From assembly GCA_018712065.1 (NCBI GenBank), contig DVHL01000036.1, positions 46,455 through 110,454 on the forward strand: a stretch of DNA of 64,000 nt, given 5' to 3'. The notes under the pieces were generated by a model, which was not told the DNA's origin, ran no database searches, and was given only the letters and a program-made list of their open reading frames with translations. The position numbers were made by a program, and so were the translations under genes. Source of the stretch: Candidatus Fimimonas gallinarum (lineage in GTDB: Bacteria; Bacillota; Clostridia; Christensenellales; CAG-314). The first letter of the stretch is position 1. The number at the start of each line of letters is the position of its first letter. Below, one piece after another: positions 59,039-64,000 of the stretch.

Positions 59039-59983
59039 TCAGGCAACGCTTTCCTGTATTGTTTTGGCTTTTGCTCCGACGGAATAGAAGAAGAAAAACC
59101 AGAAGTACACGGGAATTGCGTAGATGACCCACCCTGTTGTGTTCAGCGTAGGCACAAAGATGTTGCGCACCGTTACCAAAATTCCCATGGATGACGACGC
59201 ATCGATGAGATAGTAGCAAATTGCAAACAACGCTACCCACAAGGTGCTTAATATTGCCATTGTAAGGTAGAAACCGTTGGCTCTTTTGCTGCGTTTGCCG
59301 GAGAAAATGCGTACAATGCACACAATCAGATGCACCGCCATGGACAACAGCGTTATTACCACGAAACACGCCACCAAAAATCCGCCGATATCACGTGTTA
59401 TCGCTTCGCCTACGGTACTTACCGACGACGCCTCGCCATTGACGATGGAAACAACTAGTTGCGCCCATGTTTTCACGATGTCGTAGCCGTACATGGCGGG
59501 CGTTTGTTCCATGGGAGCAAAAATGCCCTTGTCGATGTCCGTAATCACCTGCGGACGTATCACCGATGCGGGAACGGCAACGATGTAGGCAAAAACAAGC
59601 AGGAAAATGAGGGCTACAAATGCCAACACTCTCCCTCCCTTGTGAGAACGGGTTTTTGCCGTGGGAAGAGAAACGGGTTTGCTTTCTTCGGGCTTGGCGT
59701 AACTTACCGCACCGAAACTGTAACCGCAACTGCAAACGTTTTGATTTATTTCCACCTCACGATGACACTTGGGACATATTTTAGTTTGTGCGCCCGAACG
59801 CAACGGAGCGCCGCACGCACCGCAAAAACTTGCAAGGGGAGAATTGGTCTTGTGGCACTTGGGGCAGACAACAACCTCTTCCGGCACAACCAACTGTTTG
59901 CCGCAACTGGAACAGTATCTTGCATTCAAAGAGTTTGCCTTGCCGCAATGGGGGCAAACATTGAAACTGTTTGAACTGAACAT
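59039..59983 (-). CDS. membrane protein with three N-terminal zinc ribbons
   Basis: CPHCGKANSLNARYCSSCG, CPKCHKTNSPLASFCGACG, CPKCHREVEINQNVCSCG, then about 5 TM helices. The ATG at 59983 follows GGGAGGAAG and lies 1 nt after the upstream stop. Confidence 0.65.
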   Translation of the reverse strand: MFSSNSFNVCPHCGKANSLNARYCSSCGKQLVVPEEVVVCPKCHKTNSPLASFCGACGAPLRSGAQTKICPKCHREVEINQNVCSCGYSFGAVSYAKPEESKPVSLPTAKTRSHKGGRVLAFVALIFLLVFAYIVAVPASVIRPQVITDIDKGIFAPMEQTPAMYGYDIVKTWAQLVVSIVNGEASSVSTVGEAITRDIGGFLVACFVVITLLSMAVHLIVCIVRIFSGKRSKRANGFYLTMAILSTLWVALFAICYYLIDASSSMGILVTVRNIFVPTLNTTGWVIYAIPVYFWFFFFYSVGAKAKTIQESVA

Positions 59984-59984
59984 T

Positions 59985-60863
59985 TTACTTCCTCCCGTCG
60001 TCCGTGCGTTTTTTTCCGCACGCAACGCAAAATTCGTTACTTACTTCGTTTACATTTTGACAATTAGGGCAAACCCACTTTTCCACACTGCCGGGAGCAG
60101 TGCCGTCAAACGACCACTGACATTTTGTACAGAAAGCGCCGTCCACGGGATTTTCCGCTCCGCAATTGGGACAGTACTTTTTCAGTTCCTCGGCGTCCAG
60201 GCGAAAACCGCAGTTTACGCAGAACATTTCGTCAAGGCTGTTCAAAGTGCCGCAGTTGCTGCATATTTTCTTTTTGCCCTGTTCGTCTTCCAAAAAAGTT
60301 TGTTTAACCTTGTCGCCCCCGACGTTTCGCACATCGTGCACCACCTGCATTTCGTGCGTTTCCGCCGTGGCAAGGGAGCAGAAACAGTAGGCGCAAAAAT
60401 GTGCGTCAAGACTGTTGGAGCGTCCGCAATGAGGACACACCTTGCGGTTTACCACCCTGTGTTCGTGCAAATTGGCAACGGGTGTTCCGCACTTCTGACA
60501 GAAAATTGCGTGCAACGGCACATTGGCTCCGCACACGGGACACTGCGCCGTTTCCTGCGGTATGGCGGGGGCAATGCCTCCGAACACGTTGGAATGCAGT
60601 TCTCTTACGTCCACAGGCGTAGGGGTGAATCCTTCTTCCGAAACGGCAGGCGATTGCAATGAAGGAGCCACTTCCTTGACGCTTACCGCTTCCGTCTGCA
60701 ACTTGTTTCCACAGTTTATGCAATACACAAAGGATTTATCGTTTGCCGCTCCGCAATGCGGACAGGCAATTTCCTCCTGAAAGACAAATTTGGATGAGCC
60801 GCAATTACAACAGTAGGAAACGTCGTTTGTATTGAGTTCTCCGCAATTTTTGCAAACCTTCAT
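59985..60863 (-). CDS. soluble protein built from seven tandem zinc-ribbon modules
   Basis: Seven C-x2-C-x10-12-C-x2-C units counted in 292 aa. Confidence 0.7.
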   Translation of the reverse strand: MKVCKNCGELNTNDVSYCCNCGSSKFVFQEEIACPHCGAANDKSFVYCINCGNKLQTEAVSVKEVAPSLQSPAVSEEGFTPTPVDVRELHSNVFGGIAPAIPQETAQCPVCGANVPLHAIFCQKCGTPVANLHEHRVVNRKVCPHCGRSNSLDAHFCAYCFCSLATAETHEMQVVHDVRNVGGDKVKQTFLEDEQGKKKICSNCGTLNSLDEMFCVNCGFRLDAEELKKYCPNCGAENPVDGAFCTKCQWSFDGTAPGSVEKWVCPNCQNVNEVSNEFCVACGKKRTDDGRK

Positions 60864-60946
60864 GCTACCTGACCTACCTTTGTAGTAGATAAATAATAAA
60901 CTAATTTATATTTTTTGTCAACGTCAATTTGCCGTCAGGCACCAAC

Positions 60947-62596
60947 CTACTTTCCCGCCTTGAAACCGTCTTTCAAACCGACAATTTCGTTGAAAACAAG
61001 ATTGTCGGGTGTGGTGTCCTTGTCCAAAACGTAGTAGCCGACACGCATAAATTGGAATTTGTCCTCCACTTTCGCCGAAAGCAGGCTTCGTTCCACCTTG
61101 GCGGTAACTGTTTTCATGCTGTCTTCGTTGAAACGCAGGTTGAAATCCGTTTCGCCGTCAACGGCGTTGTTGAGCAGACTTTGCAACTTTCTGACAGTTG
61201 CGTCAACGCATGTTGCGGCGTCTACCCACTGGATGACTCCCTTTACTTTAACTCCGCTTGTGTCCTCGCCCGATTTGGAATTTGCCACTACCGAACAGTG
61301 CAATTCCTTTACTTCTCCGTTGTCGTCCAGCAGGACGTCGTCGCAGTGAATGATGTACGCACCCTTCAGACGCACGTATCCGTCGGGTTTAAGACGGTAG
61401 TACTTGGGGGGAGGCACCAGCGAAAAGTCGCTTGCGTCAATGTACAGTTGCTTTCCGAAAGTTACTTCACGGAAGGTGAGAGGGTCTTCGTTGGGGTTGT
61501 TTTCCACTTTGAGAACTTCGCTTCCGTCGTAGTTGGTAAGCACCACTTTCACGGGGTTGAACACCGCCATTACTCTGTTTGTGGTGAGGTTGAGATTGTC
61601 CCTTACGCAGGACTGCAAATATTCTTCCTCCACCTCGCTGTTGGCTTTTGACACGCCCACACGTTCGCTGAAATCACGCAGGGCGGCAGCGGGATAACCA
61701 CGGCGACGCATTCCCGACAAGGTGGGCATACGGGGGTCGTCCCAACCCATAACTTTGCCTTCTTCCACCAACTTTTTCAAAAAGCGTTTGGACATGATGG
61801 TGTTTTTGATGTTAAGACGTGCAAATTCTATCTGTTGGGGACGTGGCTCGGGAAATTCGCATTCCCGCACTACCCAATCGTACAGCGGGCGGTGGTCTTC
61901 AAATTCCAACGTGCAGATGGAATGAGTGATTCCCTCGTGAGCGTCCTCGATGGGGTGGGCAAAGTCGTACATGGGATAGATGCACCATTTATCCCCCGTG
62001 TTGTGGTGTGTGGCATGCAGTACCCTGTACAAAATGGGGTCTCTCATGTTGATGTTGGGGGACGCCATGTCTATTTTGGCACGCAAAACCTTTTCGCCGT
62101 CGGCGTACTTGCCGTCTCGCATTTCGTAAAACAGTTGCAGGTTTTCCTCCACGCTTCTGTTGCGGAAGGGGCTTTCCTCGCCCGGTTGAGTGAGTGTGCC
62201 ACGACGCTGCCTTATTTCATCCGCCGTTTCGTCGCTTACATAGGCAAGACCTTTTTTGATAAGTTTGACGGCGCAATCGAACATAACGTCGAAGTAGTCG
62301 CTGGCAAACAGCAGTTTGTCCCACTTGAATCCCAACCACTCGATGTCACGTTTGATGCTTTCCACGTATTCCTCGTCCTCTTTGACGGGGTTGGTGTCGT
62401 CAAAACGCAGGTTGCACTTGCCGTTGTACTTCTTTGCAAGTCCGAAGTTTATGCACAGACTTTTGGAATGTCCCACATGCAGATAGCCGTTGGGCTCGGG
62501 GGGAAAACGTGTGTAGATTTGCTTAACCTTGCCGCTTGCAAGATCCGATTCGATTATTTCCTCGATAAAATTTTTGCTCTCGTTTTTTTCGCTCAT
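60947..62596 (-). CDS. glnS: glutamine--tRNA ligase
   Basis: RFPPEPNGYLHVGHSKS (HIGH), IMSKR (KMSKS variant), GlnRS-type C-terminal beta-barrels. Start at ATG 62596 after GAAGGA. Confidence 0.9.
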   Translation of the reverse strand: MSEKNESKNFIEEIIESDLASGKVKQIYTRFPPEPNGYLHVGHSKSLCINFGLAKKYNGKCNLRFDDTNPVKEDEEYVESIKRDIEWLGFKWDKLLFASDYFDVMFDCAVKLIKKGLAYVSDETADEIRQRRGTLTQPGEESPFRNRSVEENLQLFYEMRDGKYADGEKVLRAKIDMASPNINMRDPILYRVLHATHHNTGDKWCIYPMYDFAHPIEDAHEGITHSICTLEFEDHRPLYDWVVRECEFPEPRPQQIEFARLNIKNTIMSKRFLKKLVEEGKVMGWDDPRMPTLSGMRRRGYPAAALRDFSERVGVSKANSEVEEEYLQSCVRDNLNLTTNRVMAVFNPVKVVLTNYDGSEVLKVENNPNEDPLTFREVTFGKQLYIDASDFSLVPPPKYYRLKPDGYVRLKGAYIIHCDDVLLDDNGEVKELHCSVVANSKSGEDTSGVKVKGVIQWVDAATCVDATVRKLQSLLNNAVDGETDFNLRFNEDSMKTVTAKVERSLLSAKVEDKFQFMRVGYYVLDKDTTPDNLVFNEIVGLKDGFKAGK

Positions 62597-62637
62597 AGGT
62601 TCCTTCTTTTTTGCCACGGTACGGCAAAATTTGTTTG

Positions 62638-64000
62638 TTATTCTTCGTCAACAGGGTACTCGTCCTCGGGAATATCGCCGAAATCTTCCTCTTCCGAGTC
62701 GCTGCCCAAATTTACTACGCCGTCTTCTTCCTCCACGGTTTGCTGCTGTTGAACAACGCTTTGCGGCGGTTGAATGTTGTGCTGCGAAAGGTAGTCCTGA
62801 TCCACAAAACGCACAATTTTGCCCAACCAGTACAAAGGTATTGTTGCCGTTTCGCCGTTACGGTGCTTGGCTACAATGAGACTGTAATTGGCTGTGCCTG
62901 TTTGCGAGTTAGAATCTCTGTGAATGAACAGCACTATGTCGGCGTCCTGCTCGATTGCGCCCGATTCTCTCAAGTCGGAAAGGACGGGTTCCGACGCTCC
63001 TTTTTCCCCCTTGATGTTGCGGATTTCCGCATCACGCTTCAACTGCGAAAGGGCAATTACGGGAACGTCCAATTCCTTTGCCATAAGTTTCAGAGAACGG
63101 GTGATGTTTTGCACCTCTTCCTGTCGGCTGGTGTTTTTGCCGGCGATGTCGCTTGTCATAAGTTGGATGTAGTCGATTACCACCAGATCCAACCCGTGCT
63201 GCGCCTTCAACCTGCGACACTGCGAGGTGATTTCCGACGGGTGAATGTTGGCGTAGTCGTTGCCGTACAGTTGCATGGAAGAACTGATCAGGTCCTGCGC
63301 CATACGCAAACGGGAAAGGTCCGTTTCGCCTTGGGGAAGTTGTCCGTTTTTGATGAATTCCAAAGGCACTGTGGACATGCTGGAAAGCAAACGTTCCACC
63401 AACTGTTCGTTGGACATTTCCAAGCTGAACACGGCAACCGTTTTGCCTTTTTTGGCAACGTTTTCCACAATGTTCATGGACAACGCCGATTTGCCGACGC
63501 CGGGACGTGCCGCCAACACGATGAGTTCTCCTCCGTGCAAACCGTTGGTAAGTCTGTCAAACTGACGGAAACCCGTTTCTATTCCTCGGAATTGATCGGG
63601 ATTGACGAAACGCTGACTGATTTTGTACAGCGTGCGTGCCGTTTCTTCGGCAAGCAACACCAGTCCGCCGTTGCTTCCACGTTGCGAAAGGTTGAAAATT
63701 GCCTCTTCGGCGTAGGAAATTGCCTCTTCGGCGGTGGCGGCACTGTACGCTTTTTTTGTTACGTTGCCGCAAATTTCAATTAGTTTGCGCATTGTAGAGG
63801 CACGCTTTACAATGGAAACGTATTCGCTGTAATTGGCGGTGCCTGGCAAAAGGTCGTTGAGGCGCACGATGTAGTCGATATCTCCTGCCTTGGCAAGATT
63901 TCCCGAACGGCGCAAACTGTCCACAACGGTGGTGAAGTTGACTGTATCGGCAACGTTTTCCTCGCCCACCTTGTGGTAGCCACGGGAAATGTCCTTCATA
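62638..64000 (-). CDS. dnaB: replicative DNA helicase (DnaB family), N-terminus beyond the right edge
   Basis: Walker A ARPGVGKSA, LSQLKR, RecA-like C-domain. Only part of the N-terminal domain is present, and there is an acidic C-terminal extension. Confidence 0.9.
   Translation of the reverse strand, partial: MKDISRGYHKVGEENVADTVNFTTVVDSLRRSGNLAKAGDIDYIVRLNDLLPGTANYSEYVSIVKRASTMRKLIEICGNVTKKAYSAATAEEAISYAEEAIFNLSQRGSNGGLVLLAEETARTLYKISQRFVNPDQFRGIETGFRQFDRLTNGLHGGELIVLAARPGVGKSALSMNIVENVAKKGKTVAVFSLEMSNEQLVERLLSSMSTVPLEFIKNGQLPQGETDLSRLRMAQDLISSSMQLYGNDYANIHPSEITSQCRRLKAQHGLDLVVIDYIQLMTSDIAGKNTSRQEEVQNITRSLKLMAKELDVPVIALSQLKRDAEIRNIKGEKGASEPVLSDLRESGAIEQDADIVLFIHRDSNSQTGTANYSLIVAKHRNGETATIPLYWLGKIVRFVDQDYLSQHNIQPPQSVVQQQQTVEEEDGVVNLGSDSEEEDFGDIPEDEYPVDEE

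Overview
64 kb chromosomal segment from a Bacillota (Clostridia-like) genome, with roughly 45-50% GC judged by eye. The lineage call rests on the sporulation and cell-cycle genes present: yabP-yabQ-divIC-like, veg, yaaT/ricT, and a LysM/DUF3794-like protein. I support about 50 protein-coding genes, most of them housekeeping. They include hpf, clpC, a P-type ATPase, a MATE pump, thyA-folA, glmM, trxB, a glycerol operon (glpK plus a GlpA-like/oxidoreductase/DUF1667 trio), and tmk-holB-ricT-yfcE. Also present are galK-glmS, typA, cysS, serS, udk, a type III glutamine synthetase, mrp, alaS, glnS and dnaB (cut by the right edge). I found no rRNA, tRNA, CRISPR array, cas gene, transposase, integrase or classical defence/toxin module. 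Five things are not explained by ordinary annotation. (1) Native genes almost completely avoid the codons TTA, CTA and TCA, which leaves gene-length stop-free antisense frames. (2) Seven long intergenic spacers each carry their own locus-specific tandem duplication, with units of 85-235 bp in 2-3 copies. (3) A 2.5 kb low-GC insertion bounded by perfect 12-bp inverted repeats carries a foreign-codon ABC-2 exporter and heavily structured non-coding DNA. (4) A small operon encodes an MGMT-type alkyltransferase and two paralogous membrane-anchored wHTH proteins separated by a G12 tract. (5) Several zinc-ribbon proteins are present, including a coupled gene pair with 10 ribbons and a poly-acidic protein with two ribbons. 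All functional calls come from motif recognition by eye. No database search was run.
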